The translations under genes were made by a program, and so were the position numbers. This document shows, piece by piece, positions 1-14,900 of a stretch of DNA of 64,000 bases. The stretch is from NCBI GenBank assembly GCA_965202585.1, contig OZ241826.1, positions 21,948,001-22,012,000 of the forward strand, in the 5' to 3' direction. Positions within the stretch are counted from its first letter, which is position 1. The number at the start of each line of letters is the position of its first letter. The DNA comes from Thalia democratica (lineage: Eukaryota). The notes beneath the pieces were generated by a model that saw only the letters and a list, made by a program, of their open reading frames with translations, had not been told where the DNA came from and made no database searches.

Positions 1-1437
1 AGAATAAGTCATTGGGAAATTTAAAAATATGTCTGCAAACATACTTATTTGTTTAAACAACAAAATTTTACTATTTAGTTTAAAGTAAAGCTGTTAAACA
101 GAAATCACGAGAATTACTAAAAAAGTAATCTTATTTAAAGTCAAAATAAAATCGATTTTTATAACTTACGTAAATCAGTATATGATATATTCAAAACAGA
201 TTATTTTACTTTAGGTTATTCAGTTGAATGAAGTTCGGAAAAACTGTCAAAGCTTTACCTGCTTTCGAAACAACTTACACCACTCGAAATTGTAAAGCTA
301 AAATAAATAACTAGAAACACATTTTTCCAGCGAACTTTAGTCTTACATATTTTCCTCAAACACAACAACATCGTCTTTGTAGAATTAAAGAGCTAAAATC
401 CTTCAATTCGAGCAAAAATGAGAGCTGAAACCGTATATATGTCAAGATAATTTATTTTTACAAAAATACAAAAAGTAGCTTGTTTCCCGTGAACCTTGCT
501 CATACTTGTACTACAGCATACATCTACAAAAAATCTATAGATTCAAGCAATAGAAATATAGCATAGAAAAAGCTATCGATTCTTGATGTTAAAAACAATC
601 GCTTCTTATAATACAAAAATTATCAAAAAACGTTTTTTCAAACTTTGCTCACACAAACATTTCACAGAGATTTTACTTTTACAAAGTGAAGTACTGCAGT
701 TAGCTTTGAAAGATTTATAAGCTCCGAAAAAGAGAGCTTATAACACCTCAAGAGTCTTTTCCATAGCACACACACACATTCGCATGAATTATTCAAAAGG
801 GTCAAGAAAAACCATTAGCATTTGCCCTGACGGGTATAAGCATAAACAAACCTGACTTAAAAGCTTGCATAAGAGTAAAATAAAACATCAGCATTTTATA
901 TTCAAAATATTATGCGAATAATGTTTTTGCAGTGAAGTTTAAAGACTTATGAGTAACTGTTGTCAAATTACTTTGGGCCTAAACGCTATTTTGTACTTAC
1001 GATTAATTATTTAAGCGGTAAACTTGCTTTTCTAAAAATGAGCTTGACGTTTCAAAATGTAATAACTTTTTACTGCTTACTTTTAGCTAATTATACGGAG
1101 CTGTTTAGCTTTTGAACTGTTTAAAAAATAAACCTTCTGAACTATTCTGTCAAGCATATCAAATCCATTATACTTTGTGAGGTTTTTATATAACTTTCAA
1201 CTAAAAAATCCAGATGTATGCTTGAATATATGCCAAGTGATAAATCTAAAACATATTTTTTCTTTGAAGTTTTTAATCATTTACAAAAAGACCAAGACCA
1301 AACTATTCATATAACTTTCAATATAAAAAAAATTAAAATCAGACTAGTTTTATTCTTTAACAGTTTCGCATTGAAGTTCTAGAAAAATAAAACTTTATGG
1401 TATAATAGTTATTTCATATAAGTCATATGAATTAGTT

Positions 1438-1500
1438 AAAAGGCCCGCTATTAGCCGGGATCGGCTATGCGTGATTGTGCATAGAGAATAAAATAAATGA
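1438..1500. mobile_element. Possible repeat or Helitron-like terminus with tandem hairpins
   Basis: GC island with the perfect stem-loop TAGCCG-GGAT-CGGCTA (1452-1467) and a second stem tatgc...gcata, followed by an A-rich tract. Confidence 0.25.
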
Positions 1501-1725
1501 CAATAAAAATTTTCAAAAGCAATCAATAAAAAAAACAGATAATAAATAAAAATAAAATATTCTTATATAAACAAAATTCAGTCAGCTTCTTATTTCTCCA
1601 TATTCTTTTTGAACTAATTAGTGCTTTTCATGAATTAGTTGCAACAAAATTCATACACATTATGAATTAGTGAATCTATTGTAAATTAGTAATTCATACG
1701 TAATGGTAGCCAAATTTTCCTACAG

Positions 1726-1839
1726 TGGCACCGTCCATAACGTCACCATCGGAGCAGTCGTTCATCGAAGGAGAAAACGCCGAAGTCATGTGTGATTACG
1801 AGCACGACGCAAAACAGGACTGGATTGGTGTGGAAGAAG
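1726..1839 (+). CDS. NCAM-like exon: first half of Ig domain (VAPSITSPSEQSFIEGENAEVMCDYEHDAKQDWIGVEE)
   Basis: Acceptor tttcctacag, donor gtttaa; 114 nt, phase 1/1; B-strand Cys and C-strand Trp. Confidence 0.85.
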
Positions 1840-2907
1840 GTTTAAATAAAATTTAATCTTTATAATTAAATAGTAGTTGTAAAAAATAGTTAATTAAATG
1901 TGTAAAAAAATATTTATATGTATATATTATAAACATGATACACAACTAGATTTAATTTATGTAAAAGAATGTGAAAGTTTAGTTTTTTAATGCTTAATTA
2001 AACTTGCATAAATATTAAATTGATCGCAAGTAGTTACTTAAATTTTGTTTGAAAAGTTGTAATTTATTATTTAGTAATATAAACTATTTTCTATGTTTTT
2101 TAAGAAATGGCTTTGTTCAAGCTAAGGATTTATGATTATATACACACAACATTATTTTATATACGATTAGATTTTTACTAGTACTAAATGTATAAAAAAA
2201 AAGATAATATAGAAAAAAGGTTGGTCAATTTTTGTTGTTCAAGGATCGGCAGTCTTTTACAACAAGCGAGCAGATTTCATTATAAAAAAATATTCTTTTA
2301 ATTAAATATAACTATTTTAATCTTTTTTAAAATCAAACAGTAAGTATTGTTACAATTCTTAATAAGCACCATAAGTTACCAAAAATAATTTGTTATAATA
2401 ATTAAACAAAATTGATCTCAATACGTCGGAGAACTCTTTTTACGGTTTAAATTTAGCCGTGAGGCTGTATATTTTTGACCCCTGGCGTCTTTTTAGTTTT
2501 TAGAAATACTTTAATTACTTTAAAGTGAGTGCAGTAATCCTACCACTAAAAAAACTTTTAAGAATATTCACAGACGCTAGGTTTGTGAAGGAGGACAGAA
2601 AGCTGATAATTTCCAACATTTCCGAATCTGACGAAGGAGTGTACGAGTGCCAGATAACGAGCGAGGATACTAAAATATACCGGTTTCTCAGCATCAACGT
2701 CACTGTTAATTGTTAGTTGAATATATATATTTATATATATATATATATATAAAATACTTGCTAACCCATATGAGTTTATACTAAATGACGTTGTGAATTT
2801 TTAGTGTTTTATATTATGATTAATTAAAATTTTTTATTTTACCAAAATTTACCGGTTTCTCAGCATCAACGTCACTGTTAATTGTTAGTTGAATAGATAT
2901 CTATCTA

Positions 2908-2948
<41 letters not shown>

Positions 2949-5900
2949 AGGTTAATGTTTAAACTTAAACACTTTCAACTGAGCCCACTTGAAGGGCTTT
3001 TAAATAATTTATTGAAATGGCGATTTTAATTTAGTTGTAAAATAATTTTAGTTGTTTGATTAGTTAGAAGGTAGATCGATTTTTGTACTGAATATTTGTA
3101 ATGTACAATATTACGTCATACTGTTTTTGTTTTTTTGCATAACTTTTGTATCTTTGTTTAGTACAGTGCTTTTTATTTTGAATTTAACTGGCTGATGATT
3201 AAAGCTTTATGAAAAATTAAAGCTTTATGAAACATATGTTCCAGAATTTTTAAAATCGCCATTTCAATAAATAATATATATATATATTTGCTAACCCATA
3301 TGAGTTTATATTAAATGACGTTGTGAACTTTTAGTGTTTTATGTTATGTTTAACTAAAATAGTTTATTTTACAAAAATTTACCAGTTTCTCAGCATCAAC
3401 GTCACTGTTAACTGTTAGTTGAATATATATGTATATATTCATTTTTTACAAGTACTTTCTACTTCATGCAATCAATGCTACTGTTAATTCTAATATTATG
3501 TGTAACGAAGGTAAAAATATCAATTTTCTTCTTGTTTTACCAAACTTACCGACTTCTTAGTTTCAATGTCACTTTTAATTGGTAGTTGAATATGCTTTTG
3601 GTATCAACGTAAAATATTTTATTTTACTAAGACTTATGAGTTTTATACTATCGGTGCCATTGTATGTAAGTGTAAGTTATGTATTTTATTTTTATTCTAC
3701 TAATACTTCACTATTAATTCTTAGAAAATGTATTATAGAAATATTTATCTAAAAAAAACTATTTTATCAAAACTTATAAGTTTTATATAGTAAATATCAC
3801 TGTTTATTGTTAGGACTAAATATTATGATTATTTAAAATCATTTATTTAAAATCATTTATTTTACAAACACTTATCTTTTTTATCCGATCAATTTTACTG
3901 TGAATTATTGTTATTTAATATTATGATAACTTAAAAGATTTGAATTTACCAACACTTATCAATTTCATAGAATCAGTGTCACCGTCAATTGTTAATTTAA
4001 AAAATAGAACAAGTACAAAAGTAAAATCATATTTTTGTAATATCTAAAACTATACTAGCCTAAAAGTTTCTTTCTACAGTATAATTGCTAGTTTTAAGGT
4101 TTTTGTTTCATATATAAGTTAAAAAGTTGAATAATAACGTCGTTTCGGGTTGGAAAGCACTTGTAATTTTGAAATCAATAAGGTTTCACTAAGTTTAAAC
4201 TTGATTCACAAAGCTTTTATGTTTAATTTATTGCATTTAACTTATTTTAACTACTTCATGCTACTAGCACAGATGAGTTTAGAATTGTTATTGATACTTC
4301 TATTAAAACTAAAAATAACATTACAAAAGTTTTTTATGTTTACAAAAGCTAAACTTAAGCATTATACAAGCTACAAGTTAGTTATTTAGTTTAGTTAGTT
4401 ATTAAGATATAAAGCTGAAGTGTTAGAATTCAAATGACTTTTTAAAGTTATTCAGCAGAATATTTTTAGTTTCTCTAAAACAGTTTTACTTTGCTGGGTT
4501 CGTTTAAAGTCTTAATACGTACGCTGTTACAAATAAGTTTTTAGCCATTCTAACTAGAGAAGCAAAGTCCATAGAAAAGTAACGCAGTACAAAAAAAAGT
4601 GAAACCTTTTAAATTATTCATACGATTTCCTTGGTAGCTACTTTTTTACTAAGCTTCTTATACTAAGAACTGTTTTGTTGTGACATCTGTTTGTAAACCT
4701 TAAATTGCTTTAAACTTGACTTTCAATGTTGCTGGAACAAGCGATGTGTTTGTTTATTGAAACTGTATCTTTGAATAAAGTAAATTGTGAAATACTTACT
4801 CGGTTTTACTTTGGGCTTGGTGTTTTATTTCAAAGTTTTTCTTTAAAGAATACAACAACTGACAAAAAATAATATTTTGGTTTTATCTTGTATATGTATG
4901 TAATTTTATGGTTAGATTATTGATTAATATTTGTTGTTTAGTAGCTAATTAACTAAACAGCTTTAGGACTTTTAAGTAAAACTTGGTTTTAAACATAAAC
5001 TAAAAGTTTTGTTATGATAATCAAATCAAATGTTAATAGGTAAATTTTAAATTTACACGTTTTTAAAATAAATCTTAAACATATCGTATTCAATTTATAA
5101 TTGTAAATAAATTTAAACTATTAGAATATATGATGATGAAAATAATTTAAAGTTTTTTCTACTGATCAAAATATTTAACTGTATTTGATTCTGTAGGTCA
5201 AAGTTTTTTTTTTGCTTAAATAACAATAATTTTGTTTTGTATAATATTATTAAAAAGGCGTTTTTATGTAAACAAAAAATTATGCTGCTTGTAGGCCAAA
5301 ATTTTGTTTTCTTATAATATATATGGCACATTAAAAAAATTGTTAAAAGTATTTCAAAGTCGGTCTCAAAATTTACACAGGCCTTTTGTTAACATTTTAA
5401 ATGTTTTTAACGTACATTTGTTAAAAAATATGCGCGATTATGTAAAACTGTAAAAATAATAAGACTTTATTGTGAACAACTTTTTGTTATTCGATTTAAA
5501 CTGACATTTTTTTAGTATGGCCCAATATGTAACATATGCATAAAATAATTCCTTTTTTGTATAATACCTTTTTTAGTTTTAATCCAGTGGCTTTTTAATT
5601 TTGTTACCAAAAAATCACTTCACGCTGTATTTTAAAGCATTTGCTAGTTTAATAAACTTAACGCAACTTAAATTAGCTATTGATGCAAACTTAAAGCTTA
5701 CCACTATATTTTCTAGGCAAAAAAAAAATTAGGTATATAAAACACAACTTATTTTCTAATTTAATTTATATGGTGTCAGTTGACTAGGACAAACTTAAGA
5801 AACATTGCTTTTGTAAACTAAACATTGTTTTCTGACTTGTAATTCAGCTCAATACTTTAAATGATAATGATTATTAGATATGGTTTTAAGTAATTCGTAA

Positions 5901-8900
5901 AAAAAGCTTGTTACTTTTAAAACTTCTACAAGTTTTTCATAACAAAGTTGTAAAAGTTTTGAGTCCAATCATTGATAAAAAATTAAGAAAACAATTGAAA
6001 AGACACTAGTCATATGAAAACTATCATTAATTCGCTCATTATACTTCTATAGCTTGTTTTTGAATTACCTTTGAACAAAATCGAAAACAAGGGTTTCCGT
6101 TTTAATTTTACATTTTTCCTTTCATACAAGGCCTGTGAGGTCAAGGCACATAGCGACTAGGGAAAATAAGTTTATTGGTTTTTGCTACAAATTAGTTTTC
6201 AAAGTTAGAAAATTTCTTCGGTTTAAATGCACACAAATTCGTATTTTAAAATTTATACTTTGAGAATATTTTAGGTTTGTGGTAAAGTTTCGAAGAAATA
6301 TAACACTACTACAATGTTTATTTTTTGTTTAACAACTTTATATTAAAATCTTAGGTTTCCTTTTTTGTTGCATTTGTTTTTTATCTTTATTAAAAGCATC
6401 AAGTGTTTAATAAAAATTATATTTTTATATAATAGAAAATAGTCTGTTTTAATAATATTATTAACCTTAAAATAAACATTTCAATTTTTAGTAGTAACAT
6501 AGTTCTATAAACAAAGTTAGTTTAAAGAGTTTAATGAAGAAAAAAAGTACATACATATTTAAAGGTATTTTACTCTTTTTTTTTTACAATGTACTTAAAA
6601 TGATTTTGCATATAAATCAAATAAGTGAATCTCAGTTTTCAAGTTAATATTAGTATAAATACAAATGTGTATTAGTTTTGGATAAAAACAAAATGTTTTA
6701 CAAAATAAAACTAGACATTTGTATGCAATGTCGTTAAAAACAAGATAAAATTGATATTATCATACAAGGATATATGCGAATTTATTCTTTTAAATTCTCT
6801 AATCAATAGTGTAATTTATCGATTCAAATGTATATATGCAATAAGCCTCTTCTTAGTTTCTTTCTTAGTTTTAACAAGTATTCTCAAAGGTTGTACGCCT
6901 TATTAAATTTTAGATGTAGCATATTAAACTTAATGAACTATTGTGTAAAATAGCAGCACAACAAAACATTAATGATGTTTTGAAAAATGTGCAGGCATTT
7001 TGAAAGTTACATTATATTCGGCAAAAATTATTATAAAAGAATATCTAACAAAAGTAAATTTTACCTAGATTAGTTTTCTTCTTATTACTGATTTTTAATA
7101 TATAACATGTTTGAATAAAAACATTAGTTTATACTACAAATAAGTTAAACATTATTAAACTATTTATATTTTGAGCCTTAAAAGTTGTTTTACTTGTTCT
7201 TTCAATTGGTAAACCTTCTTTCATGGTGTCTACCTTCATCTTTTACAAAGGAAGAAAGTAACTCAAATTTATGAATTGACAGATGCGCCAAGAAATGTAG
7301 AGATCGATGGTCCTAATGATCTTGTGCAAGATGAAGAAGAAAATGCAGTGCTCGCGTGTAACGCAGTAGGAAAACCATCTCCGACTATTGTGTTTGTTTA
7401 ATTTTATTCAACATTTTTGAAAAATAGTGATTTTTGACGTTGAACATACAAATTGTAAGCAATATTTTTTAAGATTTCCAAGAAAATTTAAAGCAAAGTT
7501 GTTAGAATTTTACACAAAGCAATAGATTTTAGACACTTCTAAATATTTGAAAGATAGAGAAAAACTACGTATAAAAGTTTATCAGGCTATCATGTGAACG
7601 ATAAACAAATGTTTTTGTATAGTTCTTAAGTTCAAAGCAACTTAATGTGAACTCGTTTTTAAACCCTTTTTAAAATATAAACTAATTTTAACCGGTTTTA
7701 GAAATTAAGTCATTTTGCAATTCGTCAAGGAGATAAAAATCAGCTTATTAAATATTAAAAGTAAGCAATTTAAAACAAATTATCTGCAGTTGGATGAAAG
7801 ATGAAGAAGTTTTGGAGAACAAAAACTCAAGTTCACTAGTTATATGTGAGTTTGTAGAACATTTATTGATAAATACTAAAAAAAACTTTAATTTGAGTAC
7901 AGTTTTTTCAAAAACTCTTAAATGGTACGTGCATCAGTAGCAACAAACATATTATGAAGTAAAATCGTTATTGTCCATCAAAGAAAACTAACTTTGTATT
8001 CAAAAACTTAAAACTATGTACAAGTTTAGTTATCTTTTTGCTCAAGTAACTTCAGATCAATTAATTTACATGATATTTTTTGTTTTAATTTTATAATGTA
8101 TGATATATTAAATTATATTAAGTTTTTTGTTTAAAAGTACTGCTGACATAAGTTGCTTTTAGCTCATTTATACATTATCAAACTGATATAGAAATAACAA
8201 GTAAATATGTATTAATCAACTTTAAAGATGTTGTTTAAAGTTAATACACGAGTAAGTTGATATTGTTTAATCCGAATAGGATTAAAAAGTAATCTAACAT
8301 GTTGATTGATTAAATTTATTAAAGTTTCACTTTGGTCTTAACATTTGGTGTTTTGTAATGTAAAAATAATTCAACAGCAGCGTATATAAACTATATACCA
8401 CTTAAAATACTAAAAGTTTTTTCAAGGTGTTTCAGGTTTAGCTTTTCACTAAGTTTTAGTAAAAAATTTTAAGTTAAAAAGTCTAAATCAAACTAGATAT
8501 ATACATAAAACTAGTCTAAGAATAAAACTTAAAACCAACATTTATATTTTATTTTGTTTAAATTTAAATTAAGTGTTTTCGTAGCTTTTCTAGATTATTC
8601 TTGTCAAATTAATACAAAACTTTCTACTTTTATATCCTAATAGCCTGTTTTCCAAACTTAATCTGTTTTTGTTCTTATATCTTAATACTTTTAAACTGGT
8701 CTAACTACAATTAGTATTCAGTATTAAGTTTTTGAAACAAACGTAAACGGTATTAAATGCTGTTTAAAAACGCAAGTAAATGTTTAAAAGGAAATAATTT
8801 TCATGAATTATTTAATAAAAAAAAAATTTAAAAACGTTATTCACTTACTAAACACTATAGTTTTAAATAAAACAATGTGTGCATAAGGCTTGTAAGCACA

Positions 8901-11900
8901 AATATGGTTTTCTAAGTTTTACGTACAATGTTATGGTACGGTATTCAACTTAAGACTACCGGTAAAAAAAAATTCTGTTTTGTATAGTAAAAACAATATT
9001 TCAATATTTTGCACATATAAAATTGTTTTTAGTAAAAATTTTACTTATATCTGTTCCACAACTTCTTCAAAGTTAATTAATTGTAGGTGTGCAATATAAA
9101 AAGTTAGTCATTATTAGAACATATATTTAAATGAAATTCAAAAATAATCACAGCAAATATAATTTGGAGTGATACCGGTGTTTATAAATGCATTGCTGAA
9201 AATAAAGTGGATAAAGTGGAATCTGAAGGACACAAACTCAATGTTAAAAGTTAGTGAGAAAGTTTCAGTTGTCTGAACATAACCACAACTTCTTTTTAAA
9301 CTAGCTAAATAACGTATTCAGACAAAGTAAAAAATAGTTTAACAAAATAAAGTATTTTAATAAGTAACTAAAATAGTTTTAAAAAGTGAGAAAATATATT
9401 TACTTTTTAAACTCTCAATTAACTTTTATATTAAAATTTAAGGTAATAAAAAGGTAGATAAACGTATAACATTGGAAATTTTTAAAACTTATGCGCACTT
9501 TTTAAATTATGTTTTGTTTAACTTAAGTTGCAATGAAGCTCATTAATTTAATTCATGTTGCAACAAAAGAATTAAAGTTCTCTAAAATTTACAGCTTATT
9601 TGAATAACACCAAATTTTATTTTTTCGAATTTTAACAACTCGAAATAAAAGTAATTATTAAAATTTGTAGAGTAAAGTTTGCTAAAAAGCAACAAAACTT
9701 AAAAAACCTTTATGTGTAAAAGAGGTTAAAAGAGAACACAGTTTAAGTAATTGAATTTAGATAAGTTTAATTCAGTTCTTGCTTGTAAATTAAGTAAAAA
9801 TTAGCATGCTGATTTAGTAAGTATTCTCCTAAACTATCAGTCCTAATAGCTATATCGATATAAACATTTTTTGTAACAAAAACTTACTAAATGAAGGTTT
9901 TATTGTAAATAAGGTTTTTTATGTATGTCGTATAAAGTTTTAATAGTTAAGTAATATATACTTATATTGAAGAAAAAGCTACAATTGAAGACATTTCAGA
10001 TTTTTTCAAAACAGAAAGTAGCAAGAAAACTAAGTATAAGCATAAAATATTGTCTCTGCCAACATAATAAAACTTGACTAGCTATTATCTTTAGTATATG
10101 TTTTGCATGTAAAAAAATTCATACAAAAAAGCGTAACAGGAAGCTAGTTTTTTTATGAAGCTTAATCAAATTTATTGGGAAACCGATGCGTAGTATTTTT
10201 CAACATGCGTAAATAAAATTTGCACAAGCCAAGTTTTTGTCGCTTTATTATATATTATTCCGATCAATATTATTCAAAACAGCATACCAAACCGTATAGT
10301 TCGTTTTGAAGTAAAATAGAAAGTTTCTGTTTTTTAAATATATAACACATAATATTAATAAACAAAATTAATAAATGTTTAACGCACTGACTTTTGTAAT
10401 ATCTTAAGTATCTTTTTTTAAATCATAAACTTACAGTAGTAAAAACAAAAAATGTTTTAAAAACTTAAGTTCAGAAACAGAAACGTTTTCTTAATATAGC
10501 TATAAGTATAATCGAAAGTTATTTTTAATCACAAAGAGTAACAAAAGTGAAGACTTTTGAATGCACAAGCGTAAAAATCTTTTTTTTTATTGCCAAACGA
10601 TGTGATGTGAACTCAGATTTTTTTTATATAAAAACTTTAGTCATAGCGCACCCTTATGCAAATTTATATAAATTTTTCAATCAATATTGAACCCTGCTAT
10701 TTCAGTTCTTCCGAGCATTTACAACTCTTCGGCTCCCTCTTGTGTTGAAGGTGGATCCACTTCCGTGTCGGCAAAAGTTGAAGCTTTCCCGGGACCAGAT
10801 AACTTAACAATTTCGTTTGACGTTAGTTTTATTTATAGTTGTTACGTTAAAATAAAATTTTTAAGTTAGTAAAGCATATTTTAATCGTTTTGTATGAACT
10901 TTTTGTGAAGTATTAACCCGATTGCCACGGAAAAGTATCAGTTAGTAGTCAAGTAGATGATATACTTATAATTGTTGTTTTCATATAAATTGATCAAATG
11001 CTATAAAACTATATAAAACTTTTTTTTTCTATACTTTTATTCAGTAAATGTGTTGAGTTGATTTTATAAAAGTAGTTAAAACTTGTAAAACATTATAACA
11101 ATATTCTATTTTGTGTTTATTATCTATAAAGTAGGTAAACATACCATATGAAAATAGTAAAAATATCGAAGTTTTTTATAATGAAAAAATGATTTGTTTC
11201 AAGTTAAATAAGAGAAAATCATAGCTGTCCTGTTTAAGCTTTTTCTTTGAAATGTTCAATAACTTTATTACACTGCTTACAAAAGTAAAGATAACTGAAT
11301 CTGAAAAAAAATCAATACATAACTTGGTCACCTTTAAACTTCGAAACTTTTGCTAAAACCAATAGTTTTAGATAGAAAGTAGAAAATAACAAGTTGCGTA
11401 ACACGGAGAAAAATTTCATAACATTTCAAAGTTTTAATCAGAGATTAAAAATCGATAAACATTTCTTTTAACTTGACCCGCGAGTGATAAGCCGAGTTAG
11501 ATTAGCGACTTAATTAGTTTTGAACTTTACTTACATAATTCTGTACTTAAGTTTTCCCTGGAAATTAAAATTATTTGAAAGAAAAAAGAAATTGACTTAT
11601 TTAAGAACTACTTGCTTTTTAACTTTTACTTATATTTGAAGTCGACCGTTGAATTTTTAATTCCGCTTTAGTTTTAAATTTAAAACTTATTGATAAAAAA
11701 ATGAACTTTCCCCTAGAAGTCGAAAGAAAATGACGAAAGTTAAACGAAAATTTGTGCTACGTAAAACATTAAGCTACTTACTATTTAATTATTTTTGAAC
11801 TGTACCATTAAACTAAAGTTTAAAAAAAAATCAAGTGTTAGACAACTAATTACAAAATATGTTAATGTTTAGCCTAAGTGCTTTGTTTTTGCTATATAAA

Positions 11901-14900
11901 TTTTAGACCTAAACTACTGTTTGTTGTTTAATAGTTTAACAGTAAAAATTTGTATGACAGTATAACTTATATATAACTAGTATAAAGTCAATTTGTAATC
12001 TAGATAGTAAAATTTTAAACAAATCACAAACATATAAACTTTAAAGATTTTGCATGATTTAATCAAGAAATCTTAATCACAGTAGACAAATTTTTTTCTA
12101 GGCTTTATGAAATAATGTTTTTAAAACTCATGCATTAGTAAAAATTAAATTGTACTTATACTTCTTTAAAATTAATGTTCATTGTGTCAAATATCATGAA
12201 CAACAACAAATACTGCAATAAACCTTTTAACAACTAACTTAGTTCAAATGATACTCAGCCAAGTAATTTTGAAGTATTTAAAAGAATTAAATAACGTTAA
12301 AACGTATTTAAAAACAAGTATTTATTTAACTAAACACCTTTTCAGTAAATGCTAACAGCCGATGCTGTAAATGAATAATTTAATATGCATTTTTTTAAAA
12401 CAACTAAAAAACGCTTATTACAATAAATTCTTTTAAGTTTACTGTAAACATATTTTCTGTAAGAGGTTTCATTAAAACCGGCTTAGTTAAATACGTTTAA
12501 TTCTCGTAAAAATAGTATAAGCCATTTATTAGAAACATAACTTGAAATTATTTTTTTTTTTCAAAAGGGTCAAAAATAGCTATATTACGTTTAACCCGTT
12601 AAAAGTTTGTGAGAAAACATTTTCTGTTAAAATTTTTATTAAAAGTAGCTAATTTAATTTTTACTTTTACTTAACTTGAAATTTTTTTTTTTCAAACAGC
12701 TTAATAAATAGATTTATTACGTTAAACCGTTTTTTTTTTTGTTAAGTATTTTATTTCAAACGGCACATTGACTATTTACTCTCCAAAACTAGTAAATAAA
12801 CACTTTTGCGAGAACACGCGCATTATTTACACTTTTTAAAGTAAACAAAACCCGAATTAACTGAAATAAACGGTAAATTTAATTTTTAATTCGCCCACCC
12901 GAACACCTTATGTCGTGAGTCGCTAACTGCCGATTAAATATTCATTCATTCCACTTTTGACGCGACAAATTGCAAACAAAATGCTTTTAAAACTTGACGG
13001 TTGGAAAAATTATGACTCATAAATGATGTCATTGATTATTCGCTCTGACAAAATTTCGAGACTTAAGTGTTTTATATGAAGTAGGTTTATTATTTAATTA
13101 TTGATAGGTGTGTTAAAAAATGTCTTAAACCAGTATTAGTTTGTAGAGACTACTGTTTGTTGTCTTTACTGGCAAAAATGCTTGAAATATTTCTGTGAAA
13201 AAACATTTTGTTCTTCAACTGACAAAACTTAAGACTAAATTTTTTTTTAAATTTTCTGTAAAAACGCAGGTTTAACATTTGATAATTTATACTTTTGCTC
13301 TAAATACGAATAATATTTAAACAAAAAATGTTTTAAGTTTAAAAAAAAATGACGCATTTGTTAACATTTTTCTAAATTTTGTTCTAAAAAACGTGAATAG
13401 TTTTAAAATGAATAATTTTAATCTTAAAATAAACCATGACGCACTTTTTAGTGACACAAATGTTTTTATATCTTCCTGAAAAGTGTTGTTTACCGAAACT
13501 CTATTTATAAACGCATCTTCAGAAACTGCTTTTTAATAAATAAAAAGCTTTCAGAATTAAAAGATGTACTGTTATAATGGATTGATAAATATCAGATAAA
13601 ATACGCACTTTTCTGAAATAGCTTGAAATTTATTTATTTTTTTCTTCAAACAGGTGCAATAAATTTTGCTTTCGTCGATCGGTAGCTGATGTCTTGAATA
13701 ATTAATTTTTATTCAGAGTTCTGTTTTTAATGGAAAAGTAAAATTAATATTTTAAAGCTTAAGCTCATATAATCTTATATGTACTACTTTAGTTTATCGG
13801 AAAGATAATACATAACTTTAACTTGTTTTTTACACTATTGACAAAAACAGTCTCTACAACAAATATTAGTTGAAGTACTAACAAAGGCGAATTTCAATGC
13901 TAATTTAAGAACATTTATTTATTTTAATCTTATGATAAAAACTTGTATTTTTGCAGGGCATTATAATAGAGAAATCTTTCACCAAACTAACTGAAACAAC
14001 ATACGAAATAAAATACGAGATCGGAGGATGCGACAGGAGCCAAGCAGGTGTGTATGCTGTTGACGTCAACAGCAACGGAACTTCAGTAGATCTCACACTC
14101 AGTGTAACATGTTAGTTTGTAAGGACAAGTTTGAATAAATTGTAAAATTTATAGTATTAAGTTGTTTACTCTGGTAACAAAAATAGTCATAAGAAAAACT
14201 ATTACTCTTAACATAAAACTATTATGTTTTGGTAAAGAAAACTTGTTAAATAGATATGTTTAGTTGAACAACTTTGGTCAAGTGAAAGAAAAAAATAGCT
14301 GTTTTAAAACAAGCAATACAAAACAAAAATATCATGTTTCCTAAAATCACAGTACAAAAATATGCACTAAAAAGGCTTGTAAACGTATTTCTAGATTGAT
14401 AACAGTTTTTTTTTATTAACTAACAGGTCCACCGAACTTAAAGTACTTTGTTAAACACTATAGTACAAAAATAATCACCGAAAAGGCTTATAAACATAAT
14501 AATTAAAATCGGTATTTTTTGAAATTGACAGATCCACCGAACAACAAAAATGTCACCAAGGAGGCGTGTGTCGGTGACAAAATAACTCTGAGCTGTGACG
14601 TAGACGCCGATCCCGTTCCGCATACTTACAACTGGACTAAAAATGGTTATTATATAAAACAATGTTATAAAAGAATTTATTTAAGTTTTATATTAATTAA
14701 AGTTGATTGACTTTAAATTATGTTCCATTTCTAATTTCCTTACTTGGTTAAGAAAATATTCTTTAACTGGTTCATAAAATATTATTAAACTTTTTTTTTT
14801 TAATTTAATTTTTTTTAATGTACTTTACAGTCTTAGTCTTATTTTGTTATTTAGTAAATGTTTTTGTAGAACTATTACGTTTTCATGCTTGTGTTAAAAA

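Noticed and set aside
234-291. Possible upstream exon FGKTVKALPAFETTYTTRN ending in phase 1
   Set aside because: Phase-compatible with exon 1726 but weak splice sites and no Ig F-strand (DxGxYxC) signature; cannot be supported without cDNA.
9970-10070. Open stretch IEEKATIEDISDFFKTESSKKTK... as an alternative or VASE-like exon
   Set aside because: Purine-rich acceptor, no convincing donor, and the flanking exons already join cleanly.
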